This document shows positions 1 to 12,923 of a stretch of 64,000 nt of DNA, in pieces. The position numbers were made by a program, and so were the translations under genes. How positions within the stretch are numbered: the first letter of the stretch is position 1; each line of letters opens with the position of its first letter. Source of the DNA: Squalus acanthias (taxonomy: Eukaryota); NCBI GenBank assembly GCA_030390025.1, contig CM059438.1:62312001-62376000 (forward strand). Direction: 5' to 3'. The notes beneath the pieces were generated by a model, which was not told the DNA's origin, ran no database searches, and worked only from the letters and a program-made list of their open reading frames with translations.

Positions 1-446
1 CATCACCCGTGAAGACTTTTCAAGCTTGTCGCATCAATCAGCATTTCAGCATATCCTATTAAAACAATCCATTCATTCTGAAAAAGTGTCATTGTTTCTG
101 TAAAACTGCTGTCATCATTTCAACTAAATTTACAGAATATGATAAGTTTCCAGTTTTTTTCCTCTCTTTGTTTCGAGCTGCTAATTGTTGCTGGGGAATG
201 ATTCCATGGGCATTGGCAGCCCTACGATACATCTCCCAAGTGTTTGACTGTCATGTGTGAGCCGCGACAGTGGAGGACATCACGGCCAAGCCATGTCCTG
301 ACCTCACCTGAGGCTAGCATGTGTACTTTTCAGCAAGGGTATGCAATAACAATTCGGAGCACAAAATCAGGCGAATAGTTTCACCTTTCTAGTCCAGGAT
401 AGTGAGACCAATTGTAGCGCCGCCCCCTCCCCCAATCCCACAACTG

Positions 447-732
447 TTTCTGGCCTCTTGCGCATCCCCAATTTTCAGCGCTCCACCATTGGCGGCCGTG
501 CCTTCAGCTTCCTAGGCCCGAAGCTCTGGAATTCCCTCTCTAAACCTCTCCGCCTCTCTCCTCCTTTTAAGACACTCCTTAAAACCTACTTCTTTGACTA
601 AGCTTTTGGTCACCTGTCCTAATCCCTCCTTATGTGACTCGGTGTCAAAATGTCTTTGATAACGCTCCTGTGAAGCGCCTTGGGACGTTTTACTACATTA
701 AAGGTGCTATATAAATACAAGTTGTTGTTGTT
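447..732 (+). mobile_element. L2-clade LINE 3' end with (GTT)n tail
   Basis: Matches the copy at 39285-39686. Ends TGTGAAGCGCCTTGGGACGTTTTACTACATTAAAGGTGCTATATAAATACAA(GTT)n, an L2-type 3' stem-loop and tail. Confidence 0.8.
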
Positions 733-1371
733 GGATAATTCAGGGATCGAGCTTGGTCTGTATTCCCATTAGCCCAACAGAAGTGCTCCACAGAAAGCAA
801 TTTATAGCTTTTAGAAAATAGCAAGTTATGGTTGTGCAGCCCAGGTTTAATCTGGGGCAGGAAAATGCTTTCCCTTCAGCGGTTTGCCCTGTTGGAAGTT
901 TACCGTAAGTGTGCACTAATCAAACTGCTATGACGTTGTTTCTGTAAGTTGCTTACCTGTTGAATACCGTTTTGCTGCCACTCCCATTGAATTGCAGTTA
1001 TGTAAGTCAGAGAATGCCATGCTGTTGTGATTTTTTTTATTTTGGGATTGTTTTTTATTTTTCTTTTTCTTTCCTGAAGGTGCTGATCACTAGGTGCCAG
1101 CAGCCTATGTTAACATTCTTCCTGTATGAGGCACGAGAATGAGTGGCAGTGGGAGGTTACTGGACAGAGAGCTTGAGTGGAAAGCATGGCTATTTATTTT
1201 ACCCTCCCTAGTCTGAGGCACCAACATAGATTTATAAATCCTCTGCTGGGATCAGCCAACTCAGCACAGACTGGCGATTGAATCTGGGACTTTCTGGTTT
1301 CTTTGACTTGCTGCTAAATCATGTGGTACATTCATCAACAAAGCCAACGGAGGAGCCCTGAATAAAATAAT

Positions 1372-1590
1372 TGACCCCATTCCCACAAAACTGCTGACCA
1401 CCCAACTTCCCTTCCTGGCCTCTATGCTAGCTGATATTGAAATGGTTCCCTCTCCTCAGATGCTGCCCCCCCCCCCCTTTCAAAACAACCGTCATCACCC
1501 ACTCTCATAGCATCATCGAATCACTCTTCAAAAAACCCACCCTTGACTCCTCTGACCTTGCCCCATCTCCAAACTTCCTCTTCTCTCCAC
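1372..1590 (+). mobile_element. Degraded L2-like RT fragment
   Basis: Remnants of VITP..KKPTLD..PISNL-type coding (AAAAAACCCACCCTTGAC...CCCATCTCCAAACT), frameshifted. Confidence 0.5.
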
Positions 1591-1881
1591 ACTTCTGATT
1601 TGGACTCTTTTAAACCCAGTTTGTGTTGCCACATGCCACCCTCCCCAAGCTAGGAGATGAATGAGGAAGAGAATGAAGGGATTCCTACCCTCGTCACCAT
1701 AGTCCAAAAAACAAGTAAGTTACGGACATTATTCAAAAGAAATGTAAATTGTTGATCACGATGTGCCTGGTATTGCATGCATGCATGGAACACTGTTAAA
1801 AATCTGCATTAGGAACATAAAAATGTACAGTACAGGAAAACACCATTTTGGTCTATCTAGCCATCCCCCAAGTTCAGAAGC

Positions 1882-2025
1882 AATAGACAGAGGAATCAAG
1901 GGATATGGGGATCGGGCGGGAAAGTGGAGCTGAGGTCGAAGATCAGCCATGATCTTATTGAATGGCGGAGCAGGCTCGAGGGGCCGTATGGCCTACTCCT
2001 GCTTCTAATTTTTCTGGTCTTATGT
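1882..2025 (+). mobile_element. CR1 (HER1-like) LINE 3' tail fragment
   Basis: GATCAGCCATGATCTTATTGAATGGCGGAGCAGGCTCGAGGGGCCG...CCTACTCCTGCT, the same tail as the CR1 copies ending at 19887 and 46830. Confidence 0.85.
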
Positions 2026-2730
2026 TCACTACTTATATCATACAGTTGATTTTTTTCACCAAATGCCTGTCCAACTCCTTAAATTTACTGATATTGCCGG
2101 CATCGATTGCCTCTCTCGGCAGTCCATTTCAAACATTTACCACCCTCTCTGTGCACTAGTCATATCTGACCTGTCCATTCACCTTCGGTCCAGCTGACAA
2201 CAGTTAATTTATAATGAGGCTGTTGACCGTATGGCAGTCCTGACTGCAGAAATTGCTAACAGCAAAGCGACCAGCTGTATTTTTTATAAACCTTTGAATA
2301 CTGGGGGATGGTCTTGATGGGCTGCAGGTGACACTGTGAGCAGTGCTGTACGCGCACACTTGATCAGCTCACTAAGACTGCTGAGAGAACTGCCTCATCT
2401 GTTTCCCTTCTACTCTGTACCTGTTGTACAAGCTTTGAATGAAGTGGGACTCACTCATGCCTATTGGTTGAATGGGTATTTAGCATGTTGCCCAGTGTTT
2501 TGGAGGACACCATCTTGGAACTCAACAATGAATAAATCATTTTAGATCATGTATTGTTAGACATTTCAAACTAGGCTTGAACTTGATCACTATGGACAGG
2601 TTTTGTAGCAATTTGTTGAGCTACTGAGTCCCAGTTATGAATATTTGTTCAATCTTTCAGTCATACATCTGACCACACAGACACATCAGTACAAGAAGAA
2701 ACATAGTTTAATGTTACCTCTGAGCGCAGT

Positions 2731-2872
2731 TTCTGTGCACAAATTGGCTGCCGTGTTTCCTACATTACAACAGTGGCTACACTTCAGAAATATTTCATTG
2801 GCTGTAAAGCACTTTGGGACGTCCTGAGGTCGTGAAAAGTGCTATATAAATGCAAGCCTTTCTTTTTTCTTT
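2731..2872 (+). mobile_element. SacSINE1/DeuSINE-type SINE 3' fragment
   Basis: Matches the 3' part of the full copy at 55686-56142. Confidence 0.8.
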
Positions 2873-3620
2873 CTGAGGGATTGTGTTTCTTTGTAAGATG
2901 TTTCATTGCACCTTTTGGTAGCTGAACCATCGAACGCTGTGTGGAAATCCTGAGGTAGTAAATTAAGTCAGCAAGCAATATTACTTCTGGTTTTGGTAAA
3001 GAAAGAAAATAGAATTTGTAAAGAAATTGCCTTCAATTTTGAACAACTTAAAGTATCCTCTTTTCCTGCTCCTCCCACCCTCTCCCCAGAAAAAAATCAT
3101 GTTTACTTTGAAGCCCATCTGACTCTCTGGTCTCACCCTCCATTTTTTCTTGTGCCTGTCCCATCTGGCAGCTGATAAAGTGCAGTCAACTGTGGCTGGC
3201 AGCCTTGATGGCCTCCTTTTGCTTAGACTCCAACTCCAGTTGAGACTCCTTTTGCTTGCTTACATCTATATTTAGGTTGGAGCACAACCCCTCAGGTATG
3301 ATGTTAACCTATATTATCTGCTTGCACTGACGTCTCTGTGTGACTAGTAAATGTTTGAGATGTGTGTCATTGTGTGATTAAAGTGCGCGCAAAGCCAATG
3401 TAGAGTGATAAAAATGATTGGAAAAACAGATCAGCCGAAAATAGCCTGGACATGGCATTATAGAAAGAGCTTTTATTGAATGTGGAAGCATTGACCAGCA
3501 TGAGAGTCCATCAGACTGTCTCAAATTATTTCCTGCAGTGGGGAAAAAATTGGAAAGAAAAGTTAGTATTTTTTTTAAAAACATTCTTTTATTGTTGTAC
3601 AAAAATATACATTTCTGAAG

Positions 3621-3810
3621 TCATAGAATCATAGAGTAATATAGCACAGAAGGAGGCCATTCAGCCATCAAGTCTGCGCTGGCACTTTCAAAGAGCAATC
3701 CAGTTAGTCCCATCCCCCGCTCTTTCCCCATATCCCTGCAATTTTTTCTTCTTCAAATATTTATCCAATTCACTTTTGAAGGCTACTATTGAATCTGTAT
3801 CCACCACCCT
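3621..3810 (-). mobile_element. CR1 LINE 3' end fragment
   Basis: Reverse complement of the 3' end of the CR1 family at 33565-35821 (CATAGAAT tail units). Confidence 0.75.
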
Positions 3811-3844
3811 TGTGAGTTTGGGATAATTGTAATGTTGTTGGTCA

Positions 3845-4090
3845 GCTCACTGTCCTATCTATAATCCTGGGATTTTGGGCTTGAATTTGAGTTGGGTTGA
3901 TGGGATGAAAGTGGAATTAGGCTAGATAGCTCTTTTTCGGCCGATGGGCCAAATGGCTTCCTTCTGTGTCGAAAGTCTCATCTCTCCACCAGCTGCAAGG
4001 GTCCCAAGTGAGATGAGTTTGGAGCGGTCTCAGCTCAGTTCCTAGTAGATGTGAGTCCATTGCACAAAACTAGAACACAGCCACAGTGCA
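3845..4090 (+). mobile_element. LF-SINE-like ancient SINE relic, interrupted by a CR1 tail (3913-3970)
   Basis: GTGAGATGAGTTTGGAGCGGTCTCAGCTCAGTTCCTAGTAGA...CACAAAAC resembles the LF-SINE body as recalled. The inserted CR1 tail is flanked by GAAAGT duplications (3907-3912, 3971-3976). Confidence 0.5.
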
Positions 4091-4810
4091 GCCCAATATT
4101 TGACTCACGAGCCAATAAGGCAGGCTGGTTTAGGAATTTGGCATATTCAGGGGTATTGTCTTGAGATTGAAGTAGAGGCTCATTATTGCAGAAGTCTTGT
4201 TTTCTTGTAACTCCATACTTTGTATCCCTTATGAAACCATGCTTTAAACAGGGGAGGTACAATATATTTAATTTAAAAAAAGAAGCCCAAAGTGCTGGAC
4301 ACTAGCGACATTGAAAAGAAAATGAAGACCCAGTGAATCGGAATGTTGTGTTTATGTGCCACGAAGCGTGGATCTGAAAAGATAAAAATTGGTGTAAAAA
4401 AAGAACTGAGAGAAATAAGCAGTTCCACAGTTTTGATATCCTGGGGGAAAGAAGAGTGGGATACTGTATAATGAATCTTGATTTCAACACATTGGGGATG
4501 TAGTGGAGCAAGACAGCATGCAGGATGGTGTATTTGTAGTTTAAAAGGAACAAGATAAGATAGTTGTGTATTACTGTAGGTCACTTCTGGTAAAGGGAGA
4601 AAACTTTATTGGTAGTGACAATGAAATCCTAATCTGGTTTTGCCTGTGTAAAATTACTGCCCATTCAAAGATACATTAATGCAACTCGGCCAGTCACATT
4701 CGAACAACATTTTTAGAGTACAATTTCTTCAAATATAATGAAAGCAGTTGGCTTTGGGGGGAAAAAAGGACCTTGTGAAGACTTAAGTTATATACAGAGC
4801 CAGGGTTACC

Positions 4811-6272
4811 ATAGAAACATAGAAAAATAGGAGCAGGAGTAGGCTATTCGGCCCTTCGAGCCTGCTCCGCCATTCAATATGATCCTCTATCTCAATACCA
4901 TATTCCTGCTCTCTCCCCATACCCCTTGATGCCTTTTGTGTCTAGAAATCTATCTATCTCCTTCTTAAATATATTCAGTGACTTGGCCTCCACAGCCTTC
5001 TGTGGTAGAGAATTCCACAGGTTCACCACCCTCTGAGTGAAGAAATTTCTCCTCATCTCAGTCCTAAATGTCCTACCCCGTATCCTGAGACTGTGACCCC
5101 TCGTTCTAGACCCCCCAGCCAGGGGAAACATTCTCTCTGCATCCAGTCTGTCTAGCCCTGTCAGAATTTTATACGTTTCCACGAGATCCCCTCTCATTCT
5201 TCTAAACTCTAGTGAATACAGGCCTAGTCGACCCAATCTCTCCTCATACGACAGCCTGCCATCCCAGGAATCAGTCTGGTGAACCTTCGCTGCACTCCCT
5301 CTATGGCAAGTATATCCTTTCTTAGGTAAGGAGACCAAAACTGCACACAGTACTCCAGGTGTGGTCTCACCAAGGCCCTGTACAACTGTAGTAAGACATC
5401 CTTGCTCCTGTACTCAAATCCTCTTGCAATGAAGGCCAACATACCATTTGCCTTCCTAACTGCTTGCTGCACCTACTTGTTTGCTTTCAGTGACTGGTGT
5501 ACAAGGACACCCAGGTCCCTTTGTACATCAGCATTTCCCAATCTAGCACCATTTAAATAATACTCTACCTTTCTGTTTTTCCTACCAAAGTGGATAACTT
5601 CACATTTATCCACGTTATACTGCATCTGCCATGTATTTGCCCACTCACTCAACTTGTCTAAATCGCCTTGAAGCCTCTTTGCATCCTCCTCACAACTCAC
5701 AATCCCACCTAGTTTCGTGTCGTCAGCAAACTTGGAAATATTACATTTAGTTCCCTCATCCAAATCATTGATATATATTGTGAATAGCTGGGGCCCAAGC
5801 ACTGATCCCAGCGGTACCCCACTAGTCACCGCCTGCCACTCCGAAAAAGACCCATTTATTCCTACTCTCTGTTTCCTGTCTGTTAACCAATTTTCAATCC
5901 ATGCCAGTATATTACCCCCAATCCTATGTGCTTTAATTTTGCACACTAACCTCTTATGTGGGACTTTATCAAAGGCCTTCTGAAAATCCAAATGCACCAT
6001 ATCCACTAGTTCTCCCTTATCAATTCCACCAGTTACATCCTCAAAAAGCTCCAGTAGGTTTGTCAAACACAATTTTCCTTTCATAAATCCATGTTGACTT
6101 TATCTAATCCCGTTGATATTTTCTAAGTGTCCTGTTATCACATCCTTTATAATAGACTCTAGCATTTTCCCTATACTGATGTTAGGCTAACCGGCCTGTT
6201 TTTTCTCTCCTTTTTTTAAATAGTGGGGTTACATTTGCTACCCTCCAATCTGCAGGAACTGTTCTATAATCT
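4811..6272 (-). mobile_element. 5'-truncated CR1 LINE (RT to 3' tail), disrupted
   Basis: ORFs 5473-6084, 5224-5472 and 4892-5338 encode consecutive CR1 RT pieces (LDFQKAFDKVPH, FADDTKL, LEYCVQFWSP) split by a stop and a frameshift. TTTCTATG tail units at 4811. Confidence 0.95.
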
Positions 6273-6454
6273 ATAACTTTACTGAAAGCTCAGTAAGGTT
6301 GTTTGGTGGGAAGCTGAGCCATATAGATCTGAAGGCCCTGAGTTTTATTTTGCCTGGGGTGTTGGTAGTGGCAATATAATTGGGCTCAGAGCCCATGGGT
6401 TCGAGAGAGGAAAGTCAGTTCTTACTCCTGGTCTCTGTCCAACAACTGATCATC

Positions 6455-6843
6455 CTCCCCCATTCTACCATCGCATACCATGGCTGCAGTGTGTACCATC
6501 TACAGGATGCACTGCAGCAACTCGCCAAACTTCTTCAGCAGCAGCTCCCAAACCCGTGACCACCACCACCTAGAGGGACAAGGGCAGCGGGAGCATGGGA
6601 AGACCATCACCACCCAGTTCCCCTCCATGCCACCCACCACCCTGACTTCGACATATATCACGGTTCCATCATTGTCAATGGGTCAAAATCCTGGAACTCG
6701 CTACCTAAAAGAATTATGGGAGCACCTTCACCACACGGACTGCAGCGGTTCAAGAAGGCGGCCAACCACTGCCTTCTCAGGGCAACTCGTGATGAGCAAT
6801 AAATGATGGCTTTGCCAGCAATGCCCAAATCCCACGAATGAAT
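6455..6843 (+). mobile_element. 3' fragment of the second CR1-group LINE (same family as 23781-25541)
   Basis: AAVCTIYRMHCSNSP peptide and 3' UTR match the minus-strand copy at 23781-25541. Confidence 0.85.
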
Positions 6844-6980
6844 GCTGCTAATGGAAAATGTGCAGGTGTGGCAAGGTGAAGATAGCATTGGGCTTGGTTG
6901 TGATGCCCCCATGGTCAAAGCTTGCTAATGCTCATTGTCTAGGCTCACATGTGGAGGACAACCCTTTGGGCAGGGCAGCA

Positions 6981-7672
6981 CATAGGAGCAGGAGTGGGCA
7001 TTCTGCCCCTCAAGCCTGTTCCGCCATTCAATTAGATCATGGCTGATCTGTACCTCAACTCCCATTTACCCGTTGATCCATATCCCTTGATACCCTTACC
7101 TAATAAAAAATTTGTCGATCGCTGTCTTGAAAATTTCAATTGATCCAGCTTCCACAGCCTTTTGGGGGAGAGAGTTCCAGGTTTCCTCTTCCTTTATGTG
7201 GAAAAAGTGCTTCCTGATTTTGCTCCAGAATGGCCCAGCTCTATACCTCCTGGTTTTGGATTCCTCCACCAAAGGAAATAGCAACGTATGAATCCTTTTA
7301 TCATTTTAAACATCCTTCTAAACTCAAGGGAATACAAGTCAAGTTTATGCAACCTGCCCTCCTAATTTTAACCCTTCAACAACCCGGTATCATTCTGGCA
7401 AATCTGTGCTGTACCTCTTCCAAGGTCAATATATCATTCCTGAGGTGCGGTGCCCAAAGCTAAACGCAATACTCCAAATGGAGTCTGACCAAGGCTCTGT
7501 CCAACTGAATCATAACTTTCTCCACTTTGTATTCCAGTCCCCATGAGATAAAGGCCAACATTCCATTAGCCATTTTGTAATTGTGTGCTATCTTTTAGTG
7601 ATTTGAGTACCTGCACACCCAAATCCCTTTGCAACTCCACAGTCCCTAGTCTCTCGCCACAAAGAAAATAGA
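6981..7672 (-). mobile_element. Degraded CR1 LINE 3' portion
   Basis: WNSLPQKAVEAGSIEIFK peptide (ORF 7096-7284) and a CR1 tail. Confidence 0.8.
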
Positions 7673-8247
7673 CTTTCCCATTTAAGATAGGGATGGGCAC
7701 CTATTCAATTGCACTCTAGCAGGAGTTGTTGCCTTCATGAGAGAAGAGGAGGGAAGAAAGTTGGCAGAAAAAAGGAAGGGGAACATGGAACTTGTGAAAA
7801 CCTGAGAAATATACATAGAGGCAATGTATATGTGTACCAGGCTGAGTGAAACTGTGATGTCTTAATAAGATACCATGCATGCTTGTATTTTTCCTTAGAA
7901 TGTTTAATGTATTGTGTTGTGATCTGATGGACTATGATTAGCTGCCAAGGGATATGAATTAATTGAGCATCTGGGAAAAGTCATTGGCTTTGAAAAGATT
8001 TTTAACTGACTTGGGACACTTTTAGGAGCTGTAGGGAAATGTCATTAACATTTGCATTAGACTGAAAGTGTCACCAGTTATCAGCCTAACTATTCTTGTA
8101 GTATAGTTTGAAATTTCAAAGGTCACTCCTTGTGGCTGTTGAGATGGGCTTTGTTACCTGGGATTTGAAGCCTTGTGTACACTGAAGAGAAAGCTGGGCA
8201 CTATGAACCCCTGCTTCTGTATGTAACTTCCATTTTTCAGGCAAGTC

Positions 8248-8550
8248 GCTAAACCGAGGCCCCGTCTGTCTGTTTAGCTGAAGATAATATAACACTATTC
8301 AAGGAAGATCAGGGAGTTCTCTTGGTGTCTTGGCCAACATTTGACCCTGAACCAACAACACCAAAAACAGATTATCTGGCATTCATCTCATTTGCTGTTT
8401 GTGGGATCTTGCTGTGTACAATTTGGCTGCTATGTTTACCTACATAACAGTGAAATGAGTGCACTTCAAAACTAATTAATTGGCTGTGCAGACATGCTTT
8501 GGGCCCTCCCGAGGACATGATAAAGAGCTGTGTAAATGCAAGTTCTTCCT
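8248..8550 (+). mobile_element. SacSINE1/DeuSINE-type SINE (core plus tail)
   Basis: TAAACCGAGGCCCCGTCTG core and tail matching other copies. Confidence 0.75.
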
Positions 8551-8656
8551 CTTTTTCCCTGGGAAGCAGAAGGAAGTCTTTATCAGATGTAACAAAGGGC
8601 TGCAGAACAATTTTCGCTTCACTGATGGACACATCTGTACAGAGCTGGCAGATAAT

Positions 8657-9380
8657 GGCCCAGAAATTTCGTTCGCAGGCCTCCCGCGGGCGGAGGGCTG
8701 CGATCTGGAAAAATCTGCGCCTGGACCGGAGGGCTCCCGGGAGGCGCAGAGTTCCGTTGCTGGGCCTCTCCAAACTGCCGGTGCGCAGGGCCCACGTATC
8801 CCAGGGGCGCAGGTGGTTCGCAGCGTCCCTGGGATCACGTGGGCCATGGGGAGCCAATCAGAGAAGGGAATCTCCCTTCATACATTTGAAAGGAAGACCT
8901 GTCAAATATATGAATAGAGATCACCCCCAAAACATAGTAAAACTTAAATAAAAATTTTTTAAAAATCACATTTTTAAAATGACTTTAAATTACTATAAAT
9001 TAAGTATTTTAAACAAAAATTTTATTTTTTGAAAAAAATAGTTAAAGTTTTTAATGGGGCTAAAAATAAACTTACCTTTCTTTAAAGTATTTTTAAATGA
9101 TAAATCAGTGGAAATTTTTTTTAAAAACTTTTTTCAACTCTTATCAGGCGCAAGAATTGTAAGTGTTTTCTGCGGGCGGTGGGTCTCCAAAAAGCGGAAC
9201 TCTCCACCCGCAGAGGCCCTGCTCCCGGGCAGGCGGAGGGTCTGTCAAGAGCTTTCTTGACCGATCGGAAATGCCGGTTTCCAGCGCATGCTCAGTGCAT
9301 GCCTAAAACCGGCATTTCCGTTGGCCCTACGGGTGAGTACACAGTGCGTACACACCCGTAGGGATCGGAATTTCTGCCCC
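8657..9380. mobile_element. PIF/Harbinger-type MITE (family A/C)
   Basis: Imperfect TIRs GGCCCAGAAATTTCG / rc GGGGCAGAAATTCCG, flanks AAT/AGT, GC-rich palindromic ends with AT-rich centre. Inverted homolog of 18381-19123. Confidence 0.75.
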
Positions 9381-10574
9381 AGTGGAACCGTACTGTAACT
9401 GAACATCCCTAACCACCATCCTGGCTGAGGTGAGCTATCTCGGCAGAGACCAGGCATCGAACCTGAAGCCTTCCAGCTCTGTGTGGCGCAGTCCCACAAT
9501 GTGCAGTGCACTTGAGGTGCCCTAGAAAAGTGCTTATATGAGGAGCACCACTTTGTAAAGGTCAAAAGGCACAAGTTTCATATTCTCAGTGGCTTGCATG
9601 TTCACTCTGTGAGCTGCAGTATCCCGTTACAAGCGCAACTTCAGCAACAAACCAAATCCTTTTATCTAAGCATTCTCTAGTGCCTTCACATACTATCAAA
9701 ATTTAATAGGATCTGTGATTTTTAAACTCCACAAAATCTTTAATGGGTTTCTTGGCAGTCATTTCGGTACAATTGTACTGTTCCAGCCAGAGCTTTTATT
9801 TTATTTGGGTTAATTTATCCAAGTTACTGTTTCTCCCTGCTGGATGTATTGTACCACAAAGTGATGGGATGCTGGTTTGCATCTGATTCCACAAATAGCA
9901 AGTTCCAGAAATGAGTTGAGAAAGATTAAAGGGATTCTTGGGATGAGCCAACCTGTATAGTTTCAGTGGGTGGTCACAGAACTAGGTTAAGTCTTGGGAG
10001 ATGGTTCCTTGCTTTAGCCTCTCCTCCTTTATCAAGGAATAGTGTATTGAGTGATTGGGTGATGCAAAATACAGCAAGAACACAACAATGTGATGATTCA
10101 GTTAACTTTGTGCAACAAAGTTTTTTGCTCTCCTGCCCTTTATTTGAACGATAAAGATTGTGTCTCATTTCCAGAAATAATCCAATTTCTCATTGAAATT
10201 GAACTCCTGCTATTGTTAGTGATTGTGTAATTTTGCTGGTTCTCTTCAGCAATAGTTTTTTCACCAAACTAATTTCCTTGAGTTACTGCACTGGAAACTG
10301 TTTTGTGTTTTTTTTAAATGAGCTTTAAAGTATTTTTGAGTGCTTCTGTAGTTCAATGGTCTTGAGTGTCTGACAGTCATGTAATGCATTTCTTCCTTAG
10401 AGGGCCCATTCAGTTTTGTTATTGCAATGTTGGAGAGATGCTCATTCAATTTTCTTGTTAAATAGAATCTCTATAGATTAGTCTTTGTCAGTCTTTGCAT
10501 ATAAATATAGTTTCATTTGAGAATAATTTGACAGCTACTACCGATCGACCTTGGAGGTTGCAGGTTTGTGCAAT

Positions 10575-11160
10575 ACTAGGAAAAAAGCCCAGTGCTCTCC
10601 ATCCCTCTCTAAAGGAACTGCTTCATGCTAGAGTACAGTTCCATGGGTTCTGGCAGCCCTCCACTACCATGCAGGCAGGCTATTTTGACTGTGGAAGCAA
10701 TCAAAGCCAAGCCCAATCCTACTCTCGACCAACATCCACAGCGTGAGTTACTAGATAGCAAGTAGGATTTTATTTTTTCCCTTCTCCGAGCTGAGGGCAA
10801 TTGTAGCACCCCAGCTGCTGCCCTACCTGAGATCGTGATGCGGAGATGCCGGTGTTGGACTGGGGTGGACAAAAATGAGAAGTCGCACAACACCAGGTTA
10901 TAGTCCAACAGTTTTATTTAAAATTACGAGCTTTCGGAGCTGCTGCCCCTTCGTCAGGTAGAGGTACAGTACCTGACGAAGGGGCAGCAGCTCCGAAAGC
11001 TCGTAATTTTAAATAAAACTGTTGGACTATAACCTGGTGTTGTGCGACTTCTCATTTTTGTCTACCTGAGATCAGCTACCTCAGCACAGACTCTGAATTG
11101 AACCTAGGACTTAGTACTACACAGGGTGGTTCCTTTACCAACTAGGCCAATGGAGAGCTG
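10575..11160 (-). mobile_element. Ancient unnamed tRNA-headed SINE-like repeat, split by a PLE hairpin
   Basis: Homologous to degraded copies at about 190-430, 1090-1360, 20435-20800, 26010-26310, 36370-36700 and 49700-50090 (GCTGATCTCAGC, ATCGCTATCCAG and GGCTCACACATGAAG blocks). Confidence 0.6.
10835..11061. mobile_element. Penelope-like element (family 1) fold-back insertion with minimal hammerhead motif on both strands
   Basis: Perfect 93-bp inverted arms (10868-10960 / 10970-11062), 9-nt loop, TSD CTACCTGAGATC (10823-10834, 11062-11073), CTGACGA...GAAA core. Confidence 0.85.
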
Positions 11161-11789
11161 AGAATAATTTTACCTTGAGACTTTGGATCCCCACAAAGTT
11201 CTGAAGAAATATTTGCACATCACTTGTTTTTTTTAATTTAACATGTATTTAACACTTCGGATAAACATGGGTTTTTAAATGCAGTACGTTACAGGAGCAT
11301 TGTCATGTACCTGAAGTGTCGAGTAAGCTGTTATTTGAGCTTTATGCATCTAAGTGTGTGTGTTGTGCATCATAAGCCACTTTTATACGCGCAATTATTT
11401 CGGCTAGATTCTGGGCGATCAGCATCTGTGAGCCAGCTCTCCATGTTTGCACGACCAAATCTGACTCCTTTAACCCAGCAGCAGAAGGTAGATTCAGATT
11501 TTCATGGTTCCACGGTTCTGCAAAGTGACACAGACAATGGTCTGCTGTGATCTGAATGTCCAGTTTGATAAAGCAAGTGCCACTGAAAAGCAAGTTTCAG
11601 TTGTGATATAAAAACAGAGTGTGCAGCAAATGTACAACAGATGTATTGGCATCTAAAAGAAAAAGCCTGGTTATTAATGGTGAGACCAGGTGCCATAACC
11701 CAGCCTCGTGAGTGGTATGTGTCAGGCTGTGCTTCTTCACTGTGATTCATGGGTATCCTTTGTGAAATTCCCATCAAGGAGTGGCCGTT

Positions 11790-12600
11790 GAATCTGAGGA
11801 GACAGCTCAAGCATTACAAAATAAGTTAGACAAAATAAGTAAATGGCTGGAACAGTGACGGATGAAATTTGATTCGGACAAGAGTAAAGTATACTGCACG
11901 TAGGAAGAAAAAATGGGTGACATAAGTACTCCATGAATGGTGCCAACATAGCTAAGGGTCAAGTTGAAAGAGATCGAAGGGATTTAGTAAACTTGACGTT
12001 GGCGTGACCAATCACTATGGAGCAACAATCAACAAAGCAAATAGAATGCTGAGCTCTGAAGCCAAAACAGGAGATTGCAAATCAAAGGAAACCATGTTTA
12101 AATCAGACCGCACCTTGAATAATGTGCCCAGGCCTGGTCACTGAGAAGTGTATGGCACGTTTAGGCCTTGGAGACACATCCAAGAAGACTGACCTCCCAC
12201 ATCAGAGAATTAATTTGTGAGGAAAGACTGAAGAAATTTGGGCTTTTCAGTCTTGAAAGATGTCGTAATGCGAGATAGTTAATAGTATTGAAAAGTAGAT
12301 CCGGAGCACTGCTTCAAACCGTATGACAGTAGAACAAGGAGAGTCACCGGTTCAAAGGTTAAAAATTTAGAACGTAGGACCAGGGAAGCAGAGGTTCAAA
12401 ATAATAAAATGCTAATTTACAGCCAACATCTGGGAGTTTTGTTCAGAGTGATCAACACATGAATTGGACTTTGGACTGGGATAGTGAAGGTGAGAATCCG
12501 GAACTCTCTTTAAAAAATAGTTGTCACTGTGATGAGGTAGCCTGTAAGAACTTTCTGGATGGATGAGCTTAAGATAGATCGACTGGCCTTTCTCTCCTCA
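11790..12600 (+). mobile_element. Highly degraded old CR1 3' region
   Basis: Residual CR1 C-terminal landmarks (AAAGCAAATAGAATGCTG, AGACCGCACCTTGAATAATGTG, TTGGGCTTTTCAGTCTTG). Confidence 0.6.
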
Positions 12601-12722
12601 GATGTTTGTCTCTGCATGTCCAAAGCCTGTCAGTTTTCTATTTATACCTTCTTTTAATGTGCTCGATGTATCAAAAGAATGTTATATTTGCATACTTAAT
12701 TGCTGAGCCTAATATTGTTTTG

Positions 12723-12923
12723 CACAACACCAGGTTATAGTCCAACAGTTTTATTTGAAATCACAAGCTTTCGGAGCGCTGCTCCTTCGTCGGGTGAAGG
12801 ACCCGACGAAGGAGCAGCGCTCCAAAAGCTTGTGATTTCAAATAAAACTGTTGGACTATAACCTGGTGTTGTGCGACTTCTCACTTTTGTCCACCCCAGT
12901 CCAACACCGGCATCTCCGCATCA
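12723..12923. mobile_element. Penelope-like element (family 1) fold-back insertion
   Basis: 74-bp inverted arms (12722-12795 / 12801-12874, one mismatch), 5-nt loop, TSD TAATATTGTTTTG (12710-12722, 12924-12936). Confidence 0.85.

Noticed and set aside
8372..8951. Four overlapping 120-160 aa ORFs
   Set aside because: They span SINE, spacer and a GC-rich MITE end. Low stop-codon density explains them.
10835..11061. PLE hairpins as DNA-transposon MITEs, pre-miRNAs or CRISPR repeats
   Set aside because: Arms are asymmetric with variable loops and variable 10-13 bp TSDs, typical of retrotransposition. There is no repeat-spacer array and no miRNA evidence.
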